Below, one piece after another: positions 19,187 to 28,539 of a DNA stretch of 64,000 nt. This DNA is from an uncultured Candidatus Saccharibacteria bacterium. Its GTDB lineage: Bacteria; Patescibacteriota; Minisyncoccia; Phycocordibacterales; PALSA-1337. The notes under the pieces were generated by a model, which saw nothing but the letters and a program-made list of their open reading frames with translations, did not search any database and was not told the DNA's origin. The stretch is from positions 233,521 to 297,520 of the forward strand of contig CAZBVQ010000001.1 in NCBI GenBank assembly GCA_964495685.1, in the 5' to 3' direction. The translations under genes and the position numbers were made by a program. Position 1 is the stretch's first letter. Each line of letters begins with the position of its first letter.

Positions 19187-19640
19187 ATTTCTGGTGATGC
19201 TTCTTCATCGGATGGACGTGTGCGGCGATACCGATGGCGGCGGCAATGATCACTACGTTCTTGATAATATACTGACCTTCGAGCGTCGGCGTCATGAATC
19301 CGGACCATGTCACAGAAGGCAGGAACATGAGGGGCATTAGTGTAGTCACCATATGTACGATGAGAAGAGGGATGACTATACGTTCGGCACCGCGAATGAG
19401 GAAGAGGATACCTATCAAGCACTCGAAAAGACCAAAGAGTACCATGAATGTCGTGAATGACATGTCGATGGGGAAGGTGGCGTTGAAGAGTTGTTCGACG
19501 AGAGGTGATGCGGGGGAAAGCCCGATGACCTTGAGGAAACCAAACCAGAAGAAGACAATGAAGAGGCCAATGCGAGCCACTGGCACGCTCAGACGACGGA
19601 AAGCATGGATGATTTCTATATCCAAGGTGCGAAACAGCAT
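19182..19640 (-). CDS. DoxX/YkgB-like small membrane protein
   Basis: Four hydrophobic helices. Its stop overlaps the start of the downstream surface protein (ATGA). Confidence 0.5.
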   Translation of the reverse strand: MLFRTLDIEIIHAFRRLSVPVARIGLFIVFFWFGFLKVIGLSPASPLVEQLFNATFPIDMSFTTFMVLFGLFECLIGILFLIRGAERIVIPLLIVHMVTTLMPLMFLPSVTWSGFMTPTLEGQYIIKNVVIIAAAIGIAAHVHPMKKHHQKS

Positions 19641-19673
19641 AGATATAGTATACCACAGCGTTCCTGGTCCCAT

Positions 19674-19713
19674 CCCAGGCCCGGCCTAGAACTAGTTCTA
19701 GGCCGGGCCTGGG
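19674..19713. repeat. 40-bp perfect palindrome, extended double copy of the REP-like element
   Basis: CCCAGGCCCGGCCTAGAACTAGTTCTAGGCCGGGCCTGGG. Lies in the divergent promoter region between the DoxX-like operon and the ZIP transporter. Confidence 0.8.
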
Positions 19714-19768
19714 AAATTGCCAAGCATGAGGTAATACAGTAGACTGGTCATACGTATAAACCTCTCAT

Positions 19769-20497
19769 ATGAACTCAATTCTCATTGCTGTCGTGGCCTC
19801 TATTGCTGCCTTCGTGGGTGGTCTCATAGCGCTTCGATTCAAAGACAAACTTCACATTATTCTCGGCCTTTCGGCCGGTGCCGTGATCGGTGCAGCCCTG
19901 TTCGATCTTATCCCAGAAAGTATCGAGCTGGGGGGTGTTTCCCATAGTCCCGCAGAGATGCTGGTATACACAGCTGTCGGATTCTTGGCGTATTTGGTCC
20001 TTGATCGAGCATTTTCTTTTCACTCTCATGACCACAATCATCTCGATGAACATCATGAGGAATCGGCACACATTCGGGGTTCATTCGGTGCGGCAAGTTT
20101 CTGTCTCCATAGTCTCATCGATGGTATTGCCATTGGTCTCGCATTCCAGGCGTCATCGGCTATCGGCGCCGTCGTCGCTATTGCCGTTGTAGCCCACCGT
20201 TTCTCTGATGGTATCAATACGGTCGGCGTCATTCTCAAACATCGTGGTCAGAACAAGCAAGCATATATGTGGCTCATTCTCGTGGCATTGGCTCCGATAG
20301 TCGGCGCCCTAGTGACACTGTTCATAACAGTTTCAGACAGTGTGCTGGCCATCATTTTGGCTGTATTCGCCGGCTTCTTCCTGTATATTGGTGCGAGTGA
20401 CCTTATCCCTGAAGGCCACCATAGCCACTCCAAGGCACTTACCACATTCATGACCCTTGTAGGAGCGGCCATTCTCTACACTATCGTTCAGATCTAG
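19769..20497 (+). CDS. ZIP family metal (zinc) transporter
   Basis: His-rich loop HSHDHNHLDEHHEES, plus HSLIDGIAIG and HRFSDG motifs. Confidence 0.85.
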   Translation: MNSILIAVVASIAAFVGGLIALRFKDKLHIILGLSAGAVIGAALFDLIPESIELGGVSHSPAEMLVYTAVGFLAYLVLDRAFSFHSHDHNHLDEHHEESAHIRGSFGAASFCLHSLIDGIAIGLAFQASSAIGAVVAIAVVAHRFSDGINTVGVILKHRGQNKQAYMWLILVALAPIVGALVTLFITVSDSVLAIILAVFAGFFLYIGASDLIPEGHHSHSKALTTFMTLVGAAILYTIVQI

Positions 20498-20526
20498 TAT
20501 GTTCGTTGTGGTACAATATACCCAAC

Positions 20527-21837
20527 ATGCTCAAGCCTCATATTGTGATACTTGGCTCGGGATTCGGTGGCACCTATGTCGCCAAACGACTTGCGCCTTA
20601 TGTGCGTAAAGGTGCGATAGATGTCACCATCGTCAACAAGACCAATTATTTTCTCTTCACACCACTTCTGCACGAAGTGGCTACCGGCTCATTGAGCCCT
20701 GTCAGTGTCGCTGAGCCGCTCCGTGAAATTTTTGCTGGTACTGGTATTCGTATTGCTCAAGGTTCAGTTGAATCCATCGATCGTGCCGCTCACAAAGTGA
20801 CACTCGGTGCCGGTGCATCATCATGTCCTATTTCCTATGATTATCTGGTCATCGCCACGGGTGCTGAGACCAACTACTACAACATTCCTGGTGCAGAAAA
20901 ATTCACGTACGCACTCAAAAATCTCGCAGATGCCACGCGGATCCGCACACAGATCATCGATTCGTTCGAGCGTGCCATCCTCATTCAAGACCGTGAAGAA
21001 CGTGCACGATTGCTCACGTTCGTGGTCGTCGGTGGCGGTGCGACAGGTGTCGAGACAGCTGCCGAACTCGCCGAATTCGTTAGGGCTATGGCGCGTCGGT
21101 ATTATTCGGGTGTAGGTAGCTGCGACCCTGCTGATTATCGTATATGTAGCCCTGAAGAACCCAAAGTCATCCTCATTCATACAGGTCCAGAACTTCTGCA
21201 AATGTTCAAACCGTCTTTGCGTCTAGCGGCCGAGGGACGTCTGGCTGACAGCGGAGTGGATGTGCGTCTCAATACCTCAGTGGTCGAAGTGACGGCTCAG
21301 GGTCTTAGACTTTCTGTGGGTATGCCGATCCCATCCAATACCATCATCTGGGCGGCCGGCGTCAAACCAATCATTCCACATTTCGAAGGCATCATGCCGG
21401 CGTTGCTCATGGGACGTCTGGCAGTCGATCATTATTTCCGCGTCAATGGCGATGAGCATATCTTCGCACTTGGTGATACGGCGGGGTACGTCGACGCAGA
21501 TTCTCTTGGCACTGATCCGACCAAGACCAAGACCTTGCCCATGCTGGCACAAGTGGCTGAAGCCCAAGCGACGACGGTGGCCAACAACATCATTGCGACG
21601 ATGCGGAGTAAGAAATTGGTTAATTTTCATTTCCATTCCAAGGGAAGTATGGTCTCGGTGGGACAGTGGTTCGCGCTCGGAGAAATCTTTTCTATGGCCA
21701 TTTCTGGCCGTCTGACGTGGTGGATCTGGCGTACAGTGTATCTGTTCAAGTTCGCTTCATGGAAGAAGCGCACGCGTATCGCATTCGAGTGGACACTGGA
21801 TATGTTCTATCCGAGAGATATAACGAAGTTGACGTAA
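20527..21837 (+). CDS. ndh: Type II NADH dehydrogenase (NDH-2) / FAD-dependent pyridine nucleotide-disulfide oxidoreductase
   Basis: Two Rossmann GxGxxG motifs (ILGSGFGG, VVGGGATG). Confidence 0.8.
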   Translation: MLKPHIVILGSGFGGTYVAKRLAPYVRKGAIDVTIVNKTNYFLFTPLLHEVATGSLSPVSVAEPLREIFAGTGIRIAQGSVESIDRAAHKVTLGAGASSCPISYDYLVIATGAETNYYNIPGAEKFTYALKNLADATRIRTQIIDSFERAILIQDREERARLLTFVVVGGGATGVETAAELAEFVRAMARRYYSGVGSCDPADYRICSPEEPKVILIHTGPELLQMFKPSLRLAAEGRLADSGVDVRLNTSVVEVTAQGLRLSVGMPIPSNTIIWAAGVKPIIPHFEGIMPALLMGRLAVDHYFRVNGDEHIFALGDTAGYVDADSLGTDPTKTKTLPMLAQVAEAQATTVANNIIATMRSKKLVNFHFHSKGSMVSVGQWFALGEIFSMAISGRLTWWIWRTVYLFKFASWKKRTRIAFEWTLDMFYPRDITKLT

Positions 21838-21842
21838 AAGTG

Positions 21843-21877
21843 CAAAAAAGCGCGGCTGTCCCAGAGGGCAGCCACGC
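21843..21877 (-). terminator. Rho-independent terminator for minus-strand gene 21894-22805
   Basis: GCGTGGCTGCCCtctGGGACAGCCGCGC hairpin followed by a T-run on the minus strand. Confidence 0.5.
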
Positions 21878-21893
21878 ATTACTCGAAGAGAGC

Positions 21894-22805
21894 TCACTTT
21901 TTCCAGAGGATCCGATTCAACGTAATACCAACCAAATAGAAGGACTCTTTTTCCTCCACTTGTGCCGATGCATAGAGCACGTTGCCATTGATGACATTGT
22001 GCTCCAGTTGGTGGGTGAATTTCACCGTCACCGAAGGTTTCCATCCGAGGTCATCAAAAGCGGTTGGATACATTCTGGTGCCCACTGAGAACTGTGTCCC
22101 CCATGTCATGGGGAAGAGTAGCTCTTCTTCTAGTCGAGGCTGGTCGAAGTTGAGCTGGGTGACCATGACTCGGACGCGCGTGGTCGAAATGACCAATGGT
22201 AGCCCGTTCTTCTTGCGCAAGAAGGCGATCGAATAGTATCCGTACGGGTTGCCGTTGAGCAGATTGAACCCATACTTCGTACTATCCTCGACCACGAAGG
22301 AGCCGACCCATTCATGCAGAGATGCTGCGTCTTCAGGATCGATCTGTGTCGGACGCATACGTCCCTCGACTGTGTTGAGTGTTCCTTCAACCAATTTGGC
22401 ACCAAATGTCAGTCCTGGATTCTCTGCGTGTTTGAAACGAGAGAAGTTGAACCAGTTGCCGAAGGCGTCTACGGCCGCGTCACTCACCGTGTCGCCGAAG
22501 AAGGATTCACCTTGTGATTCGGCTCGTTCTGGGCCACGTGCTTCATGGTTGAAGTACGCCTTGGTCCAGGCGAAGGAGCTCAGTGGTCCGAAACGTCGGT
22601 AGCTATTCTCTCGGCCATCTTTGGCCAGGTGGTATTCGAACCAGGTGCTCCACGATGAGGTGTGGTCGGGCCGTTCAGTCAAGACGCGCTGGATTTCCCT
22701 GAGTTCTGGCGTATCAGCCAGTGCGTTGGTGTCGGATGCTCCGACACTATGAATGGTGGCCTGTGTGAGCCACCATGTGAGTAGAATCATCCGTATAATC
22801 TTCAC
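21894..22805 (-). CDS. Secreted hypothetical protein (signal peptide)
   Basis: N-terminal MKIIRMILLTWWLTQATIHSVGA. Trp/Gly/Asn-rich mature part. Confidence 0.55.
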   Translation of the reverse strand: MKIIRMILLTWWLTQATIHSVGASDTNALADTPELREIQRVLTERPDHTSSWSTWFEYHLAKDGRENSYRRFGPLSSFAWTKAYFNHEARGPERAESQGESFFGDTVSDAAVDAFGNWFNFSRFKHAENPGLTFGAKLVEGTLNTVEGRMRPTQIDPEDAASLHEWVGSFVVEDSTKYGFNLLNGNPYGYYSIAFLRKKNGLPLVISTTRVRVMVTQLNFDQPRLEEELLFPMTWGTQFSVGTRMYPTAFDDLGWKPSVTVKFTHQLEHNVINGNVLYASAQVEEKESFYLVGITLNRILWKK

Positions 22806-22991
22806 GAATTCCTCCGTGTCTAAAGGTTGGTATTATGCTTTGATTGTGCCAAAGCTGGACACATACTAGCTCGCCTAGGGGTTTGTGCAATCTTGACTGA
22901 GTGGGGTAGTGGTGTCATGAAAAAGTGTGATTTTGGCCATGGACAAAAAGTTCGTCGGACGCAGAGGCCCGGCGAACGGTGAGGGGGACGT

Positions 22992-23282
22992 TCAAGGTAA
23001 GGCGTGAACCGATGGCGAGTAGTCACTGTGTGCCCATTGGTCACCGATGTGTTTGATGTGCCCGGACCATGCGAGTGCATGTAGTACGATCCAGAGGCAC
23101 GGGTACTGAATATTGAATGTGCGTCGTCGGAAGTCTGCTCGGATTGTGTAGATTGACACAGTACCATTCCGTGGTAGTGCCTCGAATATGGTCTGGCGTA
23201 CGAGGTCGCTATGGTAACGGTAGATGATACGGCCGATCAGCAAGACAAGCAGGAATGTCAGGATCAGGATGTATGTGAGCAT
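22992..23282 (-). CDS. Small membrane protein (uncertain)
   Basis: Start trimmed to MLTYILILTFLLVLLIG. Confidence 0.25.
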   Translation of the reverse strand: MLTYILILTFLLVLLIGRIIYRYHSDLVRQTIFEALPRNGTVSIYTIRADFRRRTFNIQYPCLWIVLHALAWSGHIKHIGDQWAHSDYSPSVHALP

Positions 23283-23406
23283 AGGAAACCTTTCACGGTA
23301 TATTGTACCAATGAGAGAGATGTTTGGTAGAGGCTGCTGTGTATAACAAAATGCCGAACCGTGCTTGCGCAACGGTCCGGGTGGAAAAGGGACGAGGGAA
23401 TAAAGA

Positions 23407-23741
23407 TCAATTGGTTGCACCCATCAATTGTGCGCGGCGATGTACGAGACGAAATTGTGCGCGACGGATTTCGTTCATAGGCTTGCGCACCGGCTTGCGG
23501 CGCATGCTGGCAGTATCGCTGACCCGGGTCATGTTGCGGACGGCGGCGTCTGCCGCGATCTCAAGCAAACATTTCTCAGTCATGGTCTGTTCTTCGGGTG
23601 GCTTCCGGTTTTTCCAGGGGCCAGGACCGTCCATGAATTGTCTGACGATCCACTCACCGGGTGTGGTGCTCTTTCGTACGAGGTAAATGCTCACCTTTCG
23701 GTTTCTTACTGTGTCCCCAGGTTTGAAGGATGATTCTGCCA
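23407..23741 (-). CDS. Hypothetical small basic protein
   Basis: Start trimmed to MAESSFKPGD. Confidence 0.35.
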
Positions 23742-23879
23742 TAATGTTCAGTATGGAAGTATGGTTGAATTGTTGAAACTGTTCGTGGATTATATTAAAA
23801 CACATAGCTATTCATGTCAACTGCTCATTGGGGAGATATTTCCCATTTCAGCAAAAATAAGGTACTCTGAATCTTCGCT

Positions 23880-25415
23880 ATGGCCAAGAAATCCGTACAA
23901 TCTACCTCGCCATCCAAGGCGTTCGCTGGAGATACCGTCATCCGTTTCGATGAGGTCTCTTTCGAATGGGGACACAACAAGCCTATTCTCGATGAGGTTT
24001 CTTTCAATGTCCGTCGTGGCACCAAGGTTACTATCATGGGTCAGAATGGGGCAGGCAAGACGACGCTTTTCGGACTCATTCTAGGAGATTACAAGCCAGA
24101 ATCTGGTGAGATCCATATTACTCATGGAGCGACAGTCGCAACGGCTCGCCAGGTCATCCCTCGCGATCAGCTCGAGCTCACCGTACGTGAATTTTTTGCC
24201 ACCTGTTTCGCAGAGAAAGTCTATGATCTCGATCCGCGTATTGATGCGGTTCTCGAGGTGGTCAATTTGAGTACGCCAAAAGTAGGAACAAAAGGGGTTA
24301 CCGATACCAAGGATCGCATTGTCAAAACATTTTCTGGAGGTCAGCAGGCACGTCTCCTCCTGGCATCAGCACTTATTCAAGACCCTGATATTTTGCTCCT
24401 CGACGAGCCGACGAATAATTTGGACAAAGCGGGCATCGAACACCTCACACAGTTCCTGATTGATTACAAGAAGACCTGTCTAGTCATTTCTCACGATGCT
24501 GACTTTCTGAACGCCTTCACTCATGGCGTCTTGTATTTAGACGTTCATACCAAGAAGATTGAGCAATATGTCGGTGACTATCATGATGTGGTCGAACAGA
24601 TCTCAGCGCGTATCGAAAAAGAAAACATGGACAATGCGCGTCGTGAAAAAGAGATCGCAGAAAAGAAATATCAGGCCGGACTCTTCGCACAGAAGGGAGG
24701 TCAGATGCGTCTGGTGGCCAAGCGTATGCGTGAGAAGGCGGAAGAGCTCGAAGAGGAAATTGTTGAAGTGCGCAAAGAAGATCGCACGATCAAGCCGTTC
24801 ACCATCCCAGCGCAACCAGAACTCATCGGTGACATCGTGAATATTTCGTCATATTCGATCTTGAATCCAAAAACGCACAAGCCGGTCAAGCGTACATGCA
24901 GTGTCCGTCTGCGTCGCAAAAATCATCTTTTGTTGGCTGGTCCCAATGGGATCGGCAAGAGTACGCTTCTCGAGAGGATCGTCAATGGTGTCGAAGGCAT
25001 CACCATCCTCCCTGGTACTCGTGTCGGTTATTATCGTCAAGATTTCTCTATGATGGATTTCAACGACACGGTCTATCAATCACTCGAAAAAATTATCCGC
25101 GCTGTCGAAGGTCGTTTGGTAGAGACCGAAGTGCGGGCCGTCGCTGCATCATTTCTTATTGGTGCCGATGCTATCCATACCAAGATCGGTTCACTGTCAG
25201 AAGGGCAGAAAGGTCTGGTGGCTTTTGCACGTCTCGTCCTCCAGCGTCCCGGACTTCTCATTCTCGATGAGCCGACAAACCATATCAATTTCCGCCATAT
25301 TCCGGTGATTGCCAAGGCGCTCGATGAATACGAAGGTGCCATGATCCTGGTGTCGCACGTCCCAGAATTCGTGAAGCAGATCAGGATCGATGAGGTGCTG
25401 GATTTGGGGAAATAA
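23880..25415 (+). CDS. ABC-F family ATPase (tandem ABC domains, EttA/Uup-like)
   Basis: Two Walker A sites (GQNGAGKTT, GPNGIGKST), two signature motifs, a linker with a Lys/Glu-rich coiled coil, and no TM domain. Confidence 0.9.
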   Translation: MAKKSVQSTSPSKAFAGDTVIRFDEVSFEWGHNKPILDEVSFNVRRGTKVTIMGQNGAGKTTLFGLILGDYKPESGEIHITHGATVATARQVIPRDQLELTVREFFATCFAEKVYDLDPRIDAVLEVVNLSTPKVGTKGVTDTKDRIVKTFSGGQQARLLLASALIQDPDILLLDEPTNNLDKAGIEHLTQFLIDYKKTCLVISHDADFLNAFTHGVLYLDVHTKKIEQYVGDYHDVVEQISARIEKENMDNARREKEIAEKKYQAGLFAQKGGQMRLVAKRMREKAEELEEEIVEVRKEDRTIKPFTIPAQPELIGDIVNISSYSILNPKTHKPVKRTCSVRLRRKNHLLLAGPNGIGKSTLLERIVNGVEGITILPGTRVGYYRQDFSMMDFNDTVYQSLEKIIRAVEGRLVETEVRAVAASFLIGADAIHTKIGSLSEGQKGLVAFARLVLQRPGLLILDEPTNHINFRHIPVIAKALDEYEGAMILVSHVPEFVKQIRIDEVLDLGK

Positions 25416-25504
25416 TAGAGGGAAAGAGTAAGGAAGACGTTTGTCCCCACGAAATCCGCACTTTTTCAATCGAGCACCCTATCCTTTCTGCTATACTCAC
25501 ATTC

Positions 25505-27361
25505 ATGACCCAATCTCAGGCACTCGATATTCTCAAGATGGGGAGGAATGTCTTCATTACTGGACCAGCTGGTTCGGGCAAGACATACGTCATCAACCAA
25601 TACATCAAGTATCTCAAAGGTCATGATGTCTCTTTGGGCATCACCGCCTCGACTGGTATTGCAGCCACGCACATGGGTGGCGTGACGATACATTCATGGT
25701 CAGGTATGGGCATCAAGAATGACCTCTCCGATCATGAGCTCGCCAAGCTCGCGGATGACCCCAAGGTAGCTCGTCGTATCAAGGAGGCCGCCACACTCAT
25801 CATCGACGAGGTGTCCATGTTGCACCATTTCCGTCTCGACGTACTCAACGATATTACTCAGCACATTCGCAAGAATGAGGAGCCATTCGGAGGATTGCAG
25901 ATCGTCTTGTGTGGAGATTTCTTCCAGCTGCCGCCAGTGTCCAAATTCGGCGAACCAGATACGCACTTCATTTATCGCTCCGAAGCGTGGCGTGACGGCA
26001 AGTTTACCGTCTGTTATTTGCACGAAAATTTCCGCCAAGGCAACGACCCCATTCTTGCCATCTTGAATGAAATACGGAGCGGGGAAGTCTCAGATGATTC
26101 GCGGGAGAGACTTGCAAGCAGGCACAAGAATGTCATACGAAATGAAATTTCCGAACCCCCTTCGGAGGCGACGCGAAATAAGACTCATAATCAATCGTTG
26201 GGTGAAGAAATTTCCATTTCGTACGATATTATTGATACTGTCGAACCCACTAAGCTCTACACTCACAATACTGACGTCGACACTATCAATGATCAAGAAA
26301 TCAGGAAAATTGATGGCGTAGAGGTCACCTATGAGATGACGATGCGAGGCAAGAAACCACTCATCGAGGCGTTGAAAAAGTCATGCTTGGCGCCCGAGAA
26401 GCTACGCCTCAAGAAAGGTGCGCGCGTGATGTGTGTCAAAAATAATTTCGACAAGGGCTATGTTAACGGAACACTTGGTGTCGTCGTCTCTTGTGGTCAT
26501 GATGTCGATCCCGTCATCCGCACCGCCAGTACACCCGAATATCCCGATGGACGTCTCGTTACTATTGAGCTTGCTGATTGGTCTATCGATGATGATGGCA
26601 AAGTACTCGCCGAAATCACTCAATATCCCTTGCGTCTGGCGTGGGCTATCACCGTCCACAAGAGTCAGGGTATGTCACTCGATGCGGTCGAGGTCGATCT
26701 GCGCAGGGCATTCGAGCCAGGAATGGGGTACGTAGCTCTGTCACGTGTACGTACCTTGGCAGGGCTTTCTATCGTTGGCATGAATGAGGGTGCGCTCCAG
26801 GTGCACCCAGAGGTGCTCGAATATGATCGTCATCTCCGTGAGTTGTCGACCAAGGCCGAACGAGTCATGGAAGCTACCGACCAATCTGAGATCGTCAGAG
26901 TCCAGGAAGAATTCCTGGCCAAGGTTGCGCCACTTCATGGCATACGTCGCAAAGCGAAAAAACAAAAAACAAAAAAACTGAATACGTTCGAACAGACGGC
27001 GATGCTCGTGAAGAATCAGCTGTCACTTGCTGATATGGCCAAGGAGCGGGGAATGGTGGCGGAGACGATCATCAGTCATCTGGAAGAGTTGGTGCAACGC
27101 GGTCCCGAAGGTGGTGGTATCGCACTGTCAGACATCGCCTATCTCAAGAAAGAAGTCTCACCGATTCATTTCCTGAAAATAGAAAAAGTTCTAGAGACTA
27201 TATCGGTCGCAGATGAGGAGCGTCGTGAGCGATCTGGTGAGGAGTACAAGCCGCCCCTGCTTTCGCCGGTCAAGCGATTGGTCGGGGCAAATATCTCGTT
27301 CAAGGAAATACGGCTGGTGAGGTTGTTCTTGGGGTATGTGAAGGGGGAGGTGAGTGAATAG
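25505..27361 (+). CDS. PIF1/RecD-like ATP-dependent DNA helicase with C-terminal HTH domain
   Basis: GPAGSGKTY, LIIDEVSM, QIVLCGDFFQLPPV motifs. Confidence 0.85.
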   Translation: MTQSQALDILKMGRNVFITGPAGSGKTYVINQYIKYLKGHDVSLGITASTGIAATHMGGVTIHSWSGMGIKNDLSDHELAKLADDPKVARRIKEAATLIIDEVSMLHHFRLDVLNDITQHIRKNEEPFGGLQIVLCGDFFQLPPVSKFGEPDTHFIYRSEAWRDGKFTVCYLHENFRQGNDPILAILNEIRSGEVSDDSRERLASRHKNVIRNEISEPPSEATRNKTHNQSLGEEISISYDIIDTVEPTKLYTHNTDVDTINDQEIRKIDGVEVTYEMTMRGKKPLIEALKKSCLAPEKLRLKKGARVMCVKNNFDKGYVNGTLGVVVSCGHDVDPVIRTASTPEYPDGRLVTIELADWSIDDDGKVLAEITQYPLRLAWAITVHKSQGMSLDAVEVDLRRAFEPGMGYVALSRVRTLAGLSIVGMNEGALQVHPEVLEYDRHLRELSTKAERVMEATDQSEIVRVQEEFLAKVAPLHGIRRKAKKQKTKKLNTFEQTAMLVKNQLSLADMAKERGMVAETIISHLEELVQRGPEGGGIALSDIAYLKKEVSPIHFLKIEKVLETISVADEERRERSGEEYKPPLLSPVKRLVGANISFKEIRLVRLFLGYVKGEVSE

Positions 27362-27911
27362 GTTGATAGTGATGGAATATATTTTCACACGAAGCGCACG
27401 CGCACGGTGCATACGAATCACGGTCTATCAGACTGGTAGGGTCAAAGTGACTGCGCCGAGACTGGTTCCTGAATTTGTGGTTCGGCGTTTTGTCGCGAGT
27501 AAGGAGGAATGGATTTCAAAAAAAGTTGTCGAATTCAAGTCACGACTGATTGCCCCAAAAAGAATTCAATGGGGTACAGGCAAGCGGTCCGAATATACTG
27601 CGCATAAGAAAGAAGCGTACGAATTGGCTGTCCGGAAAGTTCGTCACGTTGCGGAAAAATATGGAGTAACATACGGCACTGTTACTATCAGAAACCAAAA
27701 GACTCGTTGGGGAAGTTGTACGAAAGAGGGTAACCTAAGCTTCAGTTATCGAATCGTATTTTTGCCTCCGGAATTACAGGATTATCTCGTGGTACATGAA
27801 ATCTGTCACATCAGGGAGCTCAATCATTCCAAAGCGTTTTGGGATCTGGTCAAAAAAGAAGTGCCGGATTATGTACATGTGAGAAAGAGACTGAGGGGAA
27901 TCGAGTCGTAA
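27354..27911 (+). CDS. YgjP-like (DUF45) M48-family zinc metallopeptidase
   Basis: N-terminal YxxxRSxRA...RITV and HEICHIRELNHS (HExxH). Confidence 0.8.
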   Translation: MNRLIVMEYIFTRSARARCIRITVYQTGRVKVTAPRLVPEFVVRRFVASKEEWISKKVVEFKSRLIAPKRIQWGTGKRSEYTAHKKEAYELAVRKVRHVAEKYGVTYGTVTIRNQKTRWGSCTKEGNLSFSYRIVFLPPELQDYLVVHEICHIRELNHSKAFWDLVKKEVPDYVHVRKRLRGIES

Positions 27912-27974
27912 GGGTCTTTATAAAAAATCGCCAACCCTGTCAGGAGGCCGGCGAAATTGTTGGGGGCGGGTGGG

Positions 27975-28517
27975 CTATTGGTCGAGGGTTATCAAACCCT
28001 TCCTGAGCGCGTATCTGGTGAGTCCTGCAGCGTCATGGATGCCGAGCTTCTTCATGATACGTTCGCGATGAGTTTCCACGGTACGTACACCGATGTTGAG
28101 TGCCGTGGCGATCTCCTTGTTCGTGTGACTCGTGGCGATGCTGATGAGAACCTCACGCTCACGATCGGTTATTTGCTCGGCAACCTCTTTGTCGATAGGT
28201 TGATCTCTTGTTTTCTTTAAGATTGCCAAAACACGTTGAAGTATTTCGAGTTTTGATAGCTCTTGCATCGTGCAGATTGTCCGTAATGCAGCCAAGACCA
28301 CACGCTCTTCGTCGGTAAGCCTGACTTTATCCGACGTTGTATTTACGGCTTCTGTCAAAGCCCGTAAGATTGCGACGGCAAGTTTCGGTTGCAAGGGGTC
28401 ATTGTCCGGGGTTGCCTCTACAACAAGCTTGCACAGCTTGGTCGCGAGGGATATGTCAAGAGAATCGTTCATAAGGATTTGTCGGGTTGTGCTGTTGTCG
28501 TTACATCTGACCGTCAT
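27975..28517 (-). CDS. LuxR-family transcriptional regulator
   Basis: C-terminal LuxR HTH (EREVLISIATSHTNKEIATALNIGVRTVETHRERIMKKLG). Start trimmed to avoid overlapping the upstream gene. Confidence 0.7.
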   Translation of the reverse strand: MTVRCNDNSTTRQILMNDSLDISLATKLCKLVVEATPDNDPLQPKLAVAILRALTEAVNTTSDKVRLTDEERVVLAALRTICTMQELSKLEILQRVLAILKKTRDQPIDKEVAEQITDREREVLISIATSHTNKEIATALNIGVRTVETHRERIMKKLGIHDAAGLTRYALRKGLITLDQ

Positions 28518-28539
28518 CCTACTCTCTTGTGGGTCGCTG

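Noticed and set aside
17845-19656. 603-aa version of the surface-protein ORF
   Set aside because: The N-terminal 156 aa are Arg/His/Pro-rich nonsense from reading the DoxX-like gene in another frame. The internal Met followed by a signal peptide, plus the ATGA coupling, gives the real start at 19186.
22820-23167. 115-aa ORF on the minus strand
   Set aside because: It overlaps the more plausible small membrane ORF, is His/Pro/Ser-rich low complexity, and falls in an intergenic promoter region.
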